Origin: Candidatus Kerfeldbacteria bacterium
GTDB lineage: Bacteria; Patescibacteriota; Patescibacteriia; UBA10025; JAHIVO01
Assembly: GCA_047946875.1 (NCBI GenBank)
Contig: CP181398.1
Coordinates: 79,154 to 143,153, forward strand
Length of the DNA: 64,000 nt
Direction of reading: 5' to 3'
Shown here: in pieces, positions 49,941 to 59,845 of the stretch
Position numbering within the stretch: position 1 is the first letter of the stretch
Layout: every line of letters begins with the position of its first letter
Notes under the pieces: model-generated
Told to the model about the DNA's origin: nothing
What the model saw: only the letters and a program-made list of their open reading frames with translations
Databases searched by the model: none
Made by a program: the position numbers and the translations under genes

Positions 49941-50027
49941 ATTTATATACTCTTGACATATCAATGATTTTCTGTTAATTTTTATTGAAAATACAAATAT
50001 AGAACATTAACATAAACGGAGAGAATA

Positions 50028-51764
50028 ATGACTCAATATAAAAGAATTGATAATTCTGGAAATAATCAATTAGAGGCATGGGTAAATAAAAAATGGAAAT
50101 TATTATGGAAGATTGTAGGAGTTTTGATTATCCTTATGATAATCCTTTCTGTTTCCACTGCATGGAATCCTGTTCATAGTTATTTTTGTAATCATCAACC
50201 TGATAATAGTTATTATGCGCTTCAAAATACATTATCTGTATTTAATGAATATGCGCCAATTATCAATGATAGTATTATTGTTGTAAATGATACTAATCTA
50301 TCATTAAATCAGGGTTTAGATGGTGATGTAACTCAGTTTACAAAATTGATTAGAATGGAATGGTATAACAAATCAGGACTCTTAATTGTTTGGTTGTATG
50401 ATTCCACTGCTTATGGTTTTCAGTCATACTACTTTGAAGATTTAGATGGCAAAGATCAAAACCTAGCGCAGATGAGTGATTTTGTAAAATTATTTACTAC
50501 GCGCAATGCGATGTTGTTTGTAAATACAAAAATCACAGAATTAGATTCTTTGATTCAAGAAAGAATAACCTACCATTCGAGTAATGTATTGAAGAGCTCA
50601 TGTGGTAAATGGCATAGAGGGTTGTGGTTATTTTCATCATCCATGAGATCATTCTTATTAGCTTTTACGTTATTTACTCTTTGGCTTAGACAAAGATATG
50701 TAAGTAGAATGTATAAGCTTCATGAGGAGTATACTAATCAGTACGGTTATAAGTTCAGTACGGTTAGTTTTTTCGTTGTCTTCAAGGAAGCAGATCCAGT
50801 ATTAATGGTTAAAAACTTTCAACAACAACTTGAGCAAGAAGCTTATGGGTTTAAAAAGTATTACCAAGAATTAAGAAGGTCTGTTAAAAAGGAGAAAATA
50901 TTTGTCACTAAGGCTGAGAATTTGCTCTCGAAGCTTTCTGAGGAATTTGGAGAATTTATACCTGGTCCAATATATCGATATCTTAAAGATGTTTTCGATC
51001 GGGAAAATCAAACTTTAAGTCAGAGGAATAATGCGTTACAACAAGCTGAGATGGAATTTATTAATTCATCTGGTGGTAATCGTAAAACTCTTCAGAAATC
51101 AGATGAAGCTAAGTTGATTTCTAATCGAGATCAATTGCATGGGCAAGCGAAACTACATATTGATGGTATATCTGATCAAAAAGATAAGGATATTGCTCAG
51201 CAGTTTTGGATGTTGTATCAACAGGTCAGAACAAGTGAGCCTGATCGTTTAGTAAAACAGATATATTTTTTGTACCAGGTTATATCATCTAAGGTGATTG
51301 AAGAATGTGTTGTTTCTGTCGCTGAGGATAGTTTTCTAACTCCTAAAGTTATTGAAACTAGTAACTCTGTCATGCAGTTGGCTGATGTTGTTGATCTTTT
51401 CAGTGTTCATAAGTATTTACCAAAAAACATTCCACATGATTATGTGGTGGCGATAGTTATTTGGGGACTGCTTAAGCCTGGACAGCGTGGGACAACGTAT
51501 GTCAATGAAAAGTACTTAAGAGAAACTAATTTACGTTCTGATTCACAGAGGAAAATTGGAACTGAATTTAATGCCCCTCTCTATAATAAAGTACTGACGT
51601 GGTTATTGGATGAAGGAGTAGTACAAAAACCTAAGAGGACAAAAGGTAATTTTGTATACTCTATAAATCCACATGCTACCAAGGCAACTGATAAAGGTGC
51701 AAAAATAGTTAACTCTGTTATTGCATTTCGACAAATATTGGAAACTACTTATTCTCAAAATTAG
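50028..51764 (+). CDS. hypothetical large membrane-associated protein (578 aa)
   Basis: TM helices at about aa 25-45 and 200-220. No recognisable catalytic motif. Confidence 0.35.
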   Translation: MTQYKRIDNSGNNQLEAWVNKKWKLLWKIVGVLIILMIILSVSTAWNPVHSYFCNHQPDNSYYALQNTLSVFNEYAPIINDSIIVVNDTNLSLNQGLDGDVTQFTKLIRMEWYNKSGLLIVWLYDSTAYGFQSYYFEDLDGKDQNLAQMSDFVKLFTTRNAMLFVNTKITELDSLIQERITYHSSNVLKSSCGKWHRGLWLFSSSMRSFLLAFTLFTLWLRQRYVSRMYKLHEEYTNQYGYKFSTVSFFVVFKEADPVLMVKNFQQQLEQEAYGFKKYYQELRRSVKKEKIFVTKAENLLSKLSEEFGEFIPGPIYRYLKDVFDRENQTLSQRNNALQQAEMEFINSSGGNRKTLQKSDEAKLISNRDQLHGQAKLHIDGISDQKDKDIAQQFWMLYQQVRTSEPDRLVKQIYFLYQVISSKVIEECVVSVAEDSFLTPKVIETSNSVMQLADVVDLFSVHKYLPKNIPHDYVVAIVIWGLLKPGQRGTTYVNEKYLRETNLRSDSQRKIGTEFNAPLYNKVLTWLLDEGVVQKPKRTKGNFVYSINPHATKATDKGAKIVNSVIAFRQILETTYSQN

Positions 51765-51827
51765 ATTACAATATTGATAAATGGTTTGATTAATTTCAGG
51801 CCATTTTTTATTTACAAAAGGTAATTT

Positions 51828-53759
51828 TTGTGCTATAATAACAATATTATGGTTGAAAACATTGATAAAAATTTAACAAACAAAAAACAAAAAAGGTTTA
51901 AAGTTGGAGGCTATCTATTCTGGAGTGTATCCATGGGTACACTACTTTTGATGATAGTAATTTTTTTGGTAATGAGTAATTCTCCAAAACCAGTATTAAC
52001 AATAAATAATAACGTATTAAATGTTGACCAAGCATTACAAATAGATTTTGAATGGCCAGTAGCAAGAGAACTTGAGATAAGTATTAGTCCTGAAGTTTAT
52101 GGAGAACCAGAATATAGTAATATGATTTTAGATGACCGTTTAGCAAAGACTGTTACATATAATCCAGAGTTGAATTGGTTACCGGGTACCACATATACAA
52201 TAACTATTGCTAATATTAAGAGTGCATTACCTAGTTATAAAAAAGCTGAGGAATATATTTTAACTTTTACTATAGAAGACCTCCCCAAAATATCAGAAGT
52301 AGTGACAAAACAAGAGGGGGAAATTAGGCCTGATAATAGTTGGGTTGTACATCTTAGTAATGAGAATGAAAATTTAGCTATTTTTGATTTTGTTTTTGAT
52401 CCAGCTGTAGAAGTTGAAGTTGTACAAAGTGATGATAATAAATCATATACAGTCACTCCAAAGGGATTATTATCGCAAGGTCAAGAATATAATTTTGATA
52501 TTTCTAGGAAGATAATTAGAAATCATTTTGGATTAGACGAAATCGCCTTTCAAGGTGAGGGAGAATCAATTTATCAGGAGGTTTATAAGGTCCGACCTGC
52601 TCCTGGGGTAGAAAGTGTAAGTCCTCAAGGAGATAAAGTAATATTATCTGACGATATCAAAGTTATTTTTAGTGAGAACGTAGATTTTGAATCATTTAAA
52701 GAAAATATAAAAATTGAACCAGAATTAGTTGGTACTTGGGAAACTGCTGATTTTAAAACAATGAAGTTTAATACTACTTCGATAAAAAAAGATACTACAT
52801 ATTCTATTGTTATAGCTGAAGGATTAGAAACTTATGAGGGTGGTTTTTTGGAAGAAAAAGCAATTTATAATTTTACAACTTTAGGTCCAGTTCGTTTAGT
52901 AAGTTCTTCTCCGTCTGTTAGTAGTCAGGGGATTAGTATTAATAGTGCAATAAGATTTAGTTTTGATCAGACCGTAGATCATGTTTCCACAGAAGCAAAA
53001 TTTAGTATTACTCCACAAGTAGCTGGAAGTTTTTCTTGGGAGGGAGATACGATGTTTTTTCAACCAAACGAACCATTTGCATTTAGTACTATCTATGAAG
53101 CAAAGATAGAAGCAGGTGTAATAAGTGTGTCAGGCTTTAACTCTGAAGAGGAAATTAATGTAAGTTTTTCTACAGAATTATCAGTAACGAAATTAGCAGT
53201 ACAATATAATCGTCAGGATCGTAATTTAAGTTGTGAAGTAGCTACTTTGGTTATGGCTTTGAGTTATTATGGCGTTAACGTTCCCGAACAACCTTTAATC
53301 GATGCAATTGGTCTTGATGGAACATTGCACAAAGAAGGGGGTGTTTGGGGTAATCCACATATAGCTTTCGTAGGTGATATAGATGGGCGACAGATATCCA
53401 CTGGTTATGGCGTTTATTGGGAGCCAATAGCTAGGGCTGGTAATGCGTATCGCACTTCAACTGCATTTTCTGGTTGGAATATAACTCAAGTTACTGAAGA
53501 AATAAAAAAAGGCCATCCGGTAATTGTTTGGGGGACAGCTGGTTCTGGAGCGCGAGTTGATTGGAAAACTGGCGATGGAGATAATGTTGTAGCTATTATG
53601 GGGGAGCATACTTTTGTAGCTATTGGATTTGTAGGTCCTTCTGACAATCCAACTAAAATGATACTGTTAGATCCTCTATCAGGGGAGCGATATTTTATTA
53701 GAAGTTCTTTTGAATGGATGTGGGGACTTTTAGGAAATAGTGGTGTAGTAGTTGAATAG
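51828..53759 (+). CDS. membrane-anchored protein with Ig-like (SbsA/Big-type) repeats and C-terminal C39-like (Peptidase_C39_2) cysteine peptidase domain
   Basis: N-terminal TM helix and beta-rich repeats. The C-terminus carries a Cys motif (..NLSCEVATLVMALSYYG..) and a His motif (..GEHTFVAIGF..), spaced as in C39-like peptidases. Confidence 0.45.
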   Translation: MCYNNNIMVENIDKNLTNKKQKRFKVGGYLFWSVSMGTLLLMIVIFLVMSNSPKPVLTINNNVLNVDQALQIDFEWPVARELEISISPEVYGEPEYSNMILDDRLAKTVTYNPELNWLPGTTYTITIANIKSALPSYKKAEEYILTFTIEDLPKISEVVTKQEGEIRPDNSWVVHLSNENENLAIFDFVFDPAVEVEVVQSDDNKSYTVTPKGLLSQGQEYNFDISRKIIRNHFGLDEIAFQGEGESIYQEVYKVRPAPGVESVSPQGDKVILSDDIKVIFSENVDFESFKENIKIEPELVGTWETADFKTMKFNTTSIKKDTTYSIVIAEGLETYEGGFLEEKAIYNFTTLGPVRLVSSSPSVSSQGISINSAIRFSFDQTVDHVSTEAKFSITPQVAGSFSWEGDTMFFQPNEPFAFSTIYEAKIEAGVISVSGFNSEEEINVSFSTELSVTKLAVQYNRQDRNLSCEVATLVMALSYYGVNVPEQPLIDAIGLDGTLHKEGGVWGNPHIAFVGDIDGRQISTGYGVYWEPIARAGNAYRTSTAFSGWNITQVTEEIKKGHPVIVWGTAGSGARVDWKTGDGDNVVAIMGEHTFVAIGFVGPSDNPTKMILLDPLSGERYFIRSSFEWMWGLLGNSGVVVE

Positions 53760-53810
53760 AGTATTGACAAAATAGTTTTATCAATATATACTAGCTGATA
53801 AAATATATTT

Positions 53811-54620
53811 ATGAAATCACGATTAGCATTACTAAATACAGTTTTAATTATCTTTATTGTTATCGGGCTTGGAATACTGTTTCGAGGTCGTATTATTGGC
53901 TTATGGGACGACTGGATGGTAAATGATTCTACGCCAGAACCAGTAGCTTTTACTAATTTTCTTAATACCAATACTTATACTGATACAAACGATAATACAA
54001 ATAGTGAAATAAACGAGAATGTTAATACTGAGCCAGAGCCAATAGTACTCCCAGATGAAATTAATCTTGATGTGCCATTTACCAGTCAAGCACCTCATTC
54101 TAATTGGGAATTACCTTATCAAGAGGCATGTGAGGAGGCATCTGCTATTACAGTACATTATTATTATCAAAGTAAGACGTTTACCAAGGATATTGCCGAT
54201 CAAGAGATTAAAGATCTTGTAGCTTGGGAAGAAGAGAATATTGGTTTTTATAAAGATACGACAGCAGCAGAAACTGCACAATTTATGAAAGATTATTGGG
54301 GGTATGAAAAAGTAGAGCTAATTTATGATCCAACGATTAAAGATATTAAAACACAGATAGCTTCTGGCCGACCAGTTATCATTCCTTCGGCAGGAAGAGA
54401 ATTGGGTAATCCCAACTTTACTTCACCTGGCCCTATATATCATATGTTAGTGGTAAGAGGATATACAGATAGTAAATTTATTACTAACGATGTCGGTACT
54501 AGGAATGGTGAGAATTATCAATATGATTATGATGTGTTGATGAATTCTATTCATGACTGGAATGATGGAGATGTTAATAATGGTCAAAGGGTTGTTATTG
54601 TCGCTTGGCCTAATGAGTAA
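53811..54620 (+). CDS. membrane-anchored C39-like (Peptidase_C39_2 / YvpB-like) cysteine peptidase
   Basis: TM anchor; ..PYQEACEEASAITVHYYY.. (Cys) and ..IYHMLVVRGYTD.. (His). Confidence 0.45.
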   Translation: MKSRLALLNTVLIIFIVIGLGILFRGRIIGLWDDWMVNDSTPEPVAFTNFLNTNTYTDTNDNTNSEINENVNTEPEPIVLPDEINLDVPFTSQAPHSNWELPYQEACEEASAITVHYYYQSKTFTKDIADQEIKDLVAWEEENIGFYKDTTAAETAQFMKDYWGYEKVELIYDPTIKDIKTQIASGRPVIIPSAGRELGNPNFTSPGPIYHMLVVRGYTDSKFITNDVGTRNGENYQYDYDVLMNSIHDWNDGDVNNGQRVVIVAWPNE

Positions 54621-54633
54621 TTAATATTTAATT

Positions 54634-57600
54634 ATGCCCAAAGGAGAAAGTATACAACCCAGTGATTCTGACGGAGTAATTAATAGTTGCTCTGTTTGTG
54701 GTTTGTCATTGGATAGTGGCGATCATTCTGAATGTCAACAAGATAATATAGAACAAGCGAATAATGCTAAGGTTGAATTAACTGAAGAACAACAAGAAAA
54801 AGTTAAATTAATGATTAAATATTTATCTAATGGTTATATTAGTAATGTTATTAAAATAAAAAAAGAATATTTCCTACCAGATGAGGTAATGCAATCACCA
54901 GAAGTACAAGCAGCGGCTAAGGAAGGCATGATAAAAAAATTATCTAGAGGTTATTTTGGTGATGCTGTTAATACAAAAGACGAACTTACCCTACCAGATG
55001 ATTTTATGCAATCACCAGAAGTACAAGCAGCGGTTAAGGAAGGCATGATTGAAGATTTATCTAAAGGTCATGTTATTGGAGCTATTAAAATAAAAAAAGA
55101 ATATTTCCTACCAGATGATTTTATGCAATCACCAGAAGTACAAGCAGCGGTTAAGGAAGGCATGATTAAAGAATTATCTAAAGGCTATATTGATAAGGCA
55201 ATTGAAATAAAAGATAAATTTTGTATACCAGATGATTTTATGCAATCACCAGAAGTACAAGCAGCGGCTAAGGAAGGCATGATAAAAGAATTAGTAAGTA
55301 AGAATACTGATTGGTATAATCTTAATAATAAGCGCGTTTTTAAAATAAAAGAAGAATTTTCTTTACCAGATGAGGTTATGCAATCACCAGAGGTTCAAGA
55401 TGAGGCTAAGGAAGCAATGATTAGAAGATTATCTAATAGTAATATTGATGAGGCAATTGAAATAAAAGATAAATTTCCTATTCCAGAAGTAGAAGCTATA
55501 AATATAGCTAAGGAAGTCATGATTGAATATTTATCTGAAGGTTATATTGATAGGGCTATTGAAATTAAAGATAAATTTTCCCTACCAGATGAGGTTATAC
55601 AATCACCTGAGGTTCAAGCTGCGGCTAAGGAAGTCATGATCAAAATATTATTTGAAGGTAATATTGATTTGGCTATTAAAATAAAAGATAAACTTTCTAT
55701 TCCAGAAGTAGAGGTTATAAAAATAGCTAAGGCAGCCATGATCAAAAGATTATCTAATGGTTATATTGATTCGGCTATTAAAATAAAAGATAAACTTTCT
55801 ATTCCAGAAGTAGAGGCTCAAAAGATTTTTTCTACATATATCAAACAATACCTTGTAGAAGGTAGATTAAATTTAGTTTTATCAAATTTAGATAGATTTC
55901 CTGAAAATTCTTTAAAAAGTCTAGAAGCAGAATATCACCTTTTAGGTTACCGAGATGATCTTAATCTCCAAAGCGAGGAAATATACATTCAATACATTCG
56001 TTTAAAAGATAATAAAGATGAAATTCAAGTAGTTGGCTTTGTTGAGCAAATAAGAGATAGTATAAATTCTTTGATCAGTAGTGGAGAGCAGGGACCGGAA
56101 ATTACTGAGATGGAAAATTATAAGGCCCTGATTAAAGTAACTTATCCAAACCATGCAAACAATTGGACAGACTATGATAGTAATGAGAGTTGTACTGATT
56201 GTTCAGCAGATTTAGAGCAATTTAAAGTTAGAGATAAATATACAGTAGATTTAACTAAAGGAGTAGAAATGGTTTTAAGACTAGAGCAAGCTAAAGATGA
56301 AAAAGCCTTAGCTAATTTAGAAAAACCAATTGCAGGTATACAAAAGAAATTTAGTGAGCATGGGTTTGAAAAGGCAAAGATGTTGGAAGTACTAGACAGC
56401 GAAATAGAAGGAAGGATTATTGAATTGCCAAATAAGGAAATATATAAAACTAGAGAAGAAAAATTATATGGACTTCTTTTGGAAAGCTTGGTAGGTAAAT
56501 TTAATTCAGAAGATTTAAAAGAATTATTAATTGGTTATCAATTTGCAGAATTTGAGGATATCAAAACCTATTTGGAAGATACTAGAGCTCAGGCAGAGTT
56601 AGCAAAAAATCCAGATTATGCCTATTTATTAGAATTAAGAGAATTTTTTGCTGATCATATAAAAGAAGTTGAAAGAAAAATTGCTAGTGATGCAGTTAAT
56701 AATCCTGAGATAGCAAAAATATTACCAGAATATTATCAACAGAAAAGGAATTTAGACTCAGAGCAGAGCAGGAAGGATAATATAGATCGTCTACAAATTA
56801 ATAAGATTGGATTGGGTGGTAATTTGCTTGATCGTATTTCTAAGGAACTCAGCAAGAAGACGGATAAGAGAGGAAATATTTTTAGTTTAGGGACGAGGGA
56901 TGACGATGGTAATTTAGTCCCAGGTAAAAAAACTAATGCTTTAGCAGGTATTATTAATGCGGAGTTGAATAAGGTAGGTAAAGCAATTCGATTTTTAACT
57001 GGCCAAGAAGTTGATCCTAAGAGTATTCATTTAGGAGAATTGAATTTTGTTGAATATTTACAAAGCCAGGAAATGATACAAGATGGTGAATATGATGAAG
57101 AATTATTTTCTCGATATCTACTACAGGCATTTCAAGGTATTTTTGAAAAAGAACTGACTATTATTGATAGGGAAGTATCTAAATATGCACCTAAAGAAGA
57201 AGAATTAAAAGGAAAAAAGGCTAAGAAATTAGAATGTTTTATTATGAAAAATCATACTTCAGCTCATGCTCGTGGTGTTGGTGGAGTGTGTGTTTCCGGC
57301 GATAATCCGGCTCATGGTGAGGAAAATCAGTGGGACATGCCGAATTATTTCCAAATGGTCTTGCGTGATTCTGAATCAAAAATTTGCCAAGGGGCGGTAT
57401 TACTACATTATTATGAAGATAAAGGGAAGAAGATTTTAACAGGTTCTTTTAATCCTTCCAGTACCTATCTTTACCAAGTAGATGAACAGCAACTATTTAA
57501 AGGCTTATTAAAACAACTTGAGGTTTTTGCACAAGACAATGATATTGATGTGATAGCTGTTAATCAAAACAAAACTATGAGGACCAACCGGACTGGTGGT

Positions 57601-57732
57601 GAATTTGAACGTGCTATGAGTAATAAGATCAAGAGTGTAAATAAAACCGAATCATTAAGTCAAGAAGAAGTTTTTTCTTACCATCCTAAGTATAGCCAAA
57701 AGGGGTTGGATATAGTTTGGGAGAAAGAATAA
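54634..57732 (+). CDS. large (1032 aa) tandem-repeat protein with N-terminal Cys cluster and C-terminal non-repeat domain with candidate Cys/His dyad
   Basis: N-terminus CSVCG...HSEC. About 9 copies of a 39-aa repeat (LPDDFMQSPEVQAAVKEGMIKELSKGYI..AIKIKKEYF). C-terminus ...GGVCVSGDNPAHG...LLHYYED... No signal peptide or TM helix. Confidence 0.5.
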   Translation: MPKGESIQPSDSDGVINSCSVCGLSLDSGDHSECQQDNIEQANNAKVELTEEQQEKVKLMIKYLSNGYISNVIKIKKEYFLPDEVMQSPEVQAAAKEGMIKKLSRGYFGDAVNTKDELTLPDDFMQSPEVQAAVKEGMIEDLSKGHVIGAIKIKKEYFLPDDFMQSPEVQAAVKEGMIKELSKGYIDKAIEIKDKFCIPDDFMQSPEVQAAAKEGMIKELVSKNTDWYNLNNKRVFKIKEEFSLPDEVMQSPEVQDEAKEAMIRRLSNSNIDEAIEIKDKFPIPEVEAINIAKEVMIEYLSEGYIDRAIEIKDKFSLPDEVIQSPEVQAAAKEVMIKILFEGNIDLAIKIKDKLSIPEVEVIKIAKAAMIKRLSNGYIDSAIKIKDKLSIPEVEAQKIFSTYIKQYLVEGRLNLVLSNLDRFPENSLKSLEAEYHLLGYRDDLNLQSEEIYIQYIRLKDNKDEIQVVGFVEQIRDSINSLISSGEQGPEITEMENYKALIKVTYPNHANNWTDYDSNESCTDCSADLEQFKVRDKYTVDLTKGVEMVLRLEQAKDEKALANLEKPIAGIQKKFSEHGFEKAKMLEVLDSEIEGRIIELPNKEIYKTREEKLYGLLLESLVGKFNSEDLKELLIGYQFAEFEDIKTYLEDTRAQAELAKNPDYAYLLELREFFADHIKEVERKIASDAVNNPEIAKILPEYYQQKRNLDSEQSRKDNIDRLQINKIGLGGNLLDRISKELSKKTDKRGNIFSLGTRDDDGNLVPGKKTNALAGIINAELNKVGKAIRFLTGQEVDPKSIHLGELNFVEYLQSQEMIQDGEYDEELFSRYLLQAFQGIFEKELTIIDREVSKYAPKEEELKGKKAKKLECFIMKNHTSAHARGVGGVCVSGDNPAHGEENQWDMPNYFQMVLRDSESKICQGAVLLHYYEDKGKKILTGSFNPSSTYLYQVDEQQLFKGLLKQLEVFAQDNDIDVIAVNQNKTMRTNRTGGEFERAMSNKIKSVNKTESLSQEEVFSYHPKYSQKGLDIVWEKE
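54850..55870 (+). repeat. 117-bp in-frame tandem repeat array (~9 units; first 4 nearly identical at DNA level)
   Basis: Unit starts at 54874, 54991, 55108, 55226... share ctaccagatgattttatgcaatcaccagaagtacaagcagcggttaaggaaggcatgat. Confidence 0.85.
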
Positions 57733-57812
57733 TTGAATTTCAGCATAATATTAGCTATAATTAGTAGGGAATAGAAACCCTATTTTTTTAATCCGTTTAT
57801 TGAGAGTTATAG

Positions 57813-58853
57813 ATGAAAAAAACCATATTATTTATATTATCTATAGTATTTGGTATCGCTATGTTTATATCGGTATTGAATTATACAGGAGCTGATGAGC
57901 TTAAGCAGGCATTTGATTCATTCTCATGGCCTGTAATTGCTGTAGTTATCGGACTTACTTTTTTACAAATTTCTGTAGTTATTTATAGATGGAAATTAAT
58001 TTTGGCATCCCAAGGTGATGATGTTCCATTCAAAAAATTATTAGCTCCAAAGTTTGTTGGGTTTACTATTAGTTTTTTAACACCAGGATTGTATGTGGGA
58101 GGGGAGCCGGTACGAGCTTATTTATTGAAGAAAAATACTGGCATCAGATTATCAAAAGGATTTTCGTCTATCATTATTGATAAGATATTGGATTTTACAT
58201 ATCCATTACCTTTTTTGATCTGGGCACTTATTTATGCCATGATAAAATATGATATTTCTTGGGAAGCAATTGGGGTTTTCGTATTTATATTAATGTTCCT
58301 CATTTTTTTATTAGGAGTATTTTATGTACAGACATATCGAGGTAAAGGTTTTTTCTCTTCATTAGCAAGGTGGTTTAGATTAGATAAGTTTAATAAACTA
58401 GATAGGTTTATCGAAAAAGGAAAATATTTTGAAGATTTAGTAATTTCTTTTTTTAAGCATAAGCAGGCATTATTTGTAAAAGGTTTATTACTATCATTTT
58501 TAGGTGGTTTGATAGTGTTTATTCAGTTTATAGTAATTTTGAATGCTTTGGGTATTTCGGCAAATATTGTTGAAATATTAATGATGATGGTATTTATGAT
58601 TTTAGCTTTTTTGGTTCCAGTCCCAGCTTCTATAGGATCTTTTGAAGCAAGTCAGGCTTTAGTGTTTGTAGCATTGGGTCATCCTGCGTCGATTGGAGTA
58701 GCTTTTACTTTAATTATTAGAATGGCTGAGCTTGGTAAGTTAGCGGTTGGATTAACTTTCTTATCTAGTATTGGATTGAAATTTGTTCGTAATATACCAA
58801 AATTGGGGAATGGAAATGGTGATGCAAAAAATGAGGGTATTGAAAATAAATAA
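57813..58853 (+). CDS. UPF0104 / lysylphosphatidylglycerol-synthase-TM-like (flippase-like) membrane protein
   Basis: Eight TM helices; the N-terminal pattern ..LNYTGADELKQAFDSFSWPVIAVVIGLTFLQ.. is typical of the LPG_synthase_TM family. Confidence 0.5.
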   Translation: MKKTILFILSIVFGIAMFISVLNYTGADELKQAFDSFSWPVIAVVIGLTFLQISVVIYRWKLILASQGDDVPFKKLLAPKFVGFTISFLTPGLYVGGEPVRAYLLKKNTGIRLSKGFSSIIIDKILDFTYPLPFLIWALIYAMIKYDISWEAIGVFVFILMFLIFLLGVFYVQTYRGKGFFSSLARWFRLDKFNKLDRFIEKGKYFEDLVISFFKHKQALFVKGLLLSFLGGLIVFIQFIVILNALGISANIVEILMMMVFMILAFLVPVPASIGSFEASQALVFVALGHPASIGVAFTLIIRMAELGKLAVGLTFLSSIGLKFVRNIPKLGNGNGDAKNEGIENK

Positions 58854-58927
58854 TTAGTATATAAACGTTTTATTGAAAAGAGCGTTTTTTGACTTTGTCA
58901 AAATATGTATATATAATATTAGCACTT

Positions 58928-59842
58928 ATGAATATTATAGAAGTAAAAAATCTAACCAAGAAATATAAAGAATTAACAGCAGTTGATTCTATTTCTTTTG
59001 AAGTAAAACAAGGTGAGATTTTTGGTATACTTGGTCCTAATGGTGCAGGTAAAACAACAACTCTGGAAATGATTGAAGGTTTAAAATTAATAACTAATGG
59101 TACTGCTAATTTGGATGGTCATGATGTTGGTAAGGATGCCCAAATTGTTAAATCACTAATTGGAGTTCAGTTACAGTCTTCTAGTTTTTTTGATGGCCTT
59201 AATCTTAAAGAACTTTTAGTAACTTTTGGTTCTTTATATAATCGTCGTATTAATGCTGATGAATTATTAGAAAAAGTTCAATTAACTGATAAAAGCAAAA
59301 GTAAATTTAGAGAATTATCGGGGGGACAAAAGCAAAGATTTTCTATTTCTGCTGCTTTAGTCAATGATCCTAAAGTATTATTCCTTGATGAGCCAACTAC
59401 AGGTTTAGATCCTCAAGCAAGGCATCATTTATGGAAATTAATTACCGAGATTAGAAAAGCTGGTAAAACTATTGTTATTACTACTCATTATATGGAAGAA
59501 GCTGAAGTACTTTGTGATAGGATTGCGATTATGGATAATGCAAAGATAGTTGCTCTTGATACTACAGAGAACTTACTAAAACATACTGGCACTAATTCTA
59601 CTATTACCTTCAAAGTAGACAAAAAGTGTCCAATTGAACATTTTGAATCATTACCTGGAGTAGAAAAAGCAATCGATGATAATCATGAATTTCGTATTAT
59701 TACTAATGATCCAGAGAAGACATTACCTAGTCTTTATGATCATAGTCGTAAATGTCAGTCAAAGATATTTAATTTACAGTTAAAGCAACCAACGCTAGAA
59801 GATGTTTTCCTAAAATTAACTGGAAGTAAGTTGAGAGAATAA
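58928..59842 (+). CDS. ABC transporter ATP-binding protein (ABC-2 / DrrA-like)
   Basis: Walker A GPNGAGKTT, signature LSGGQKQR, Walker B LFLDEPT. Start at MNIIEVKNL. Confidence 0.85.
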   Translation: MNIIEVKNLTKKYKELTAVDSISFEVKQGEIFGILGPNGAGKTTTLEMIEGLKLITNGTANLDGHDVGKDAQIVKSLIGVQLQSSSFFDGLNLKELLVTFGSLYNRRINADELLEKVQLTDKSKSKFRELSGGQKQRFSISAALVNDPKVLFLDEPTTGLDPQARHHLWKLITEIRKAGKTIVITTHYMEEAEVLCDRIAIMDNAKIVALDTTENLLKHTGTNSTITFKVDKKCPIEHFESLPGVEKAIDDNHEFRIITNDPEKTLPSLYDHSRKCQSKIFNLQLKQPTLEDVFLKLTGSKLRE

Positions 59843-59845
59843 ATT

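Noticed and set aside
54850-55870. Tandem repeat array considered as a CRISPR or other noncoding repeat
   Set aside because: The repeats are in-frame within one long ORF, have period 117 with no unique spacers, and cas genes are absent. They are a coding repeat, not a CRISPR array.
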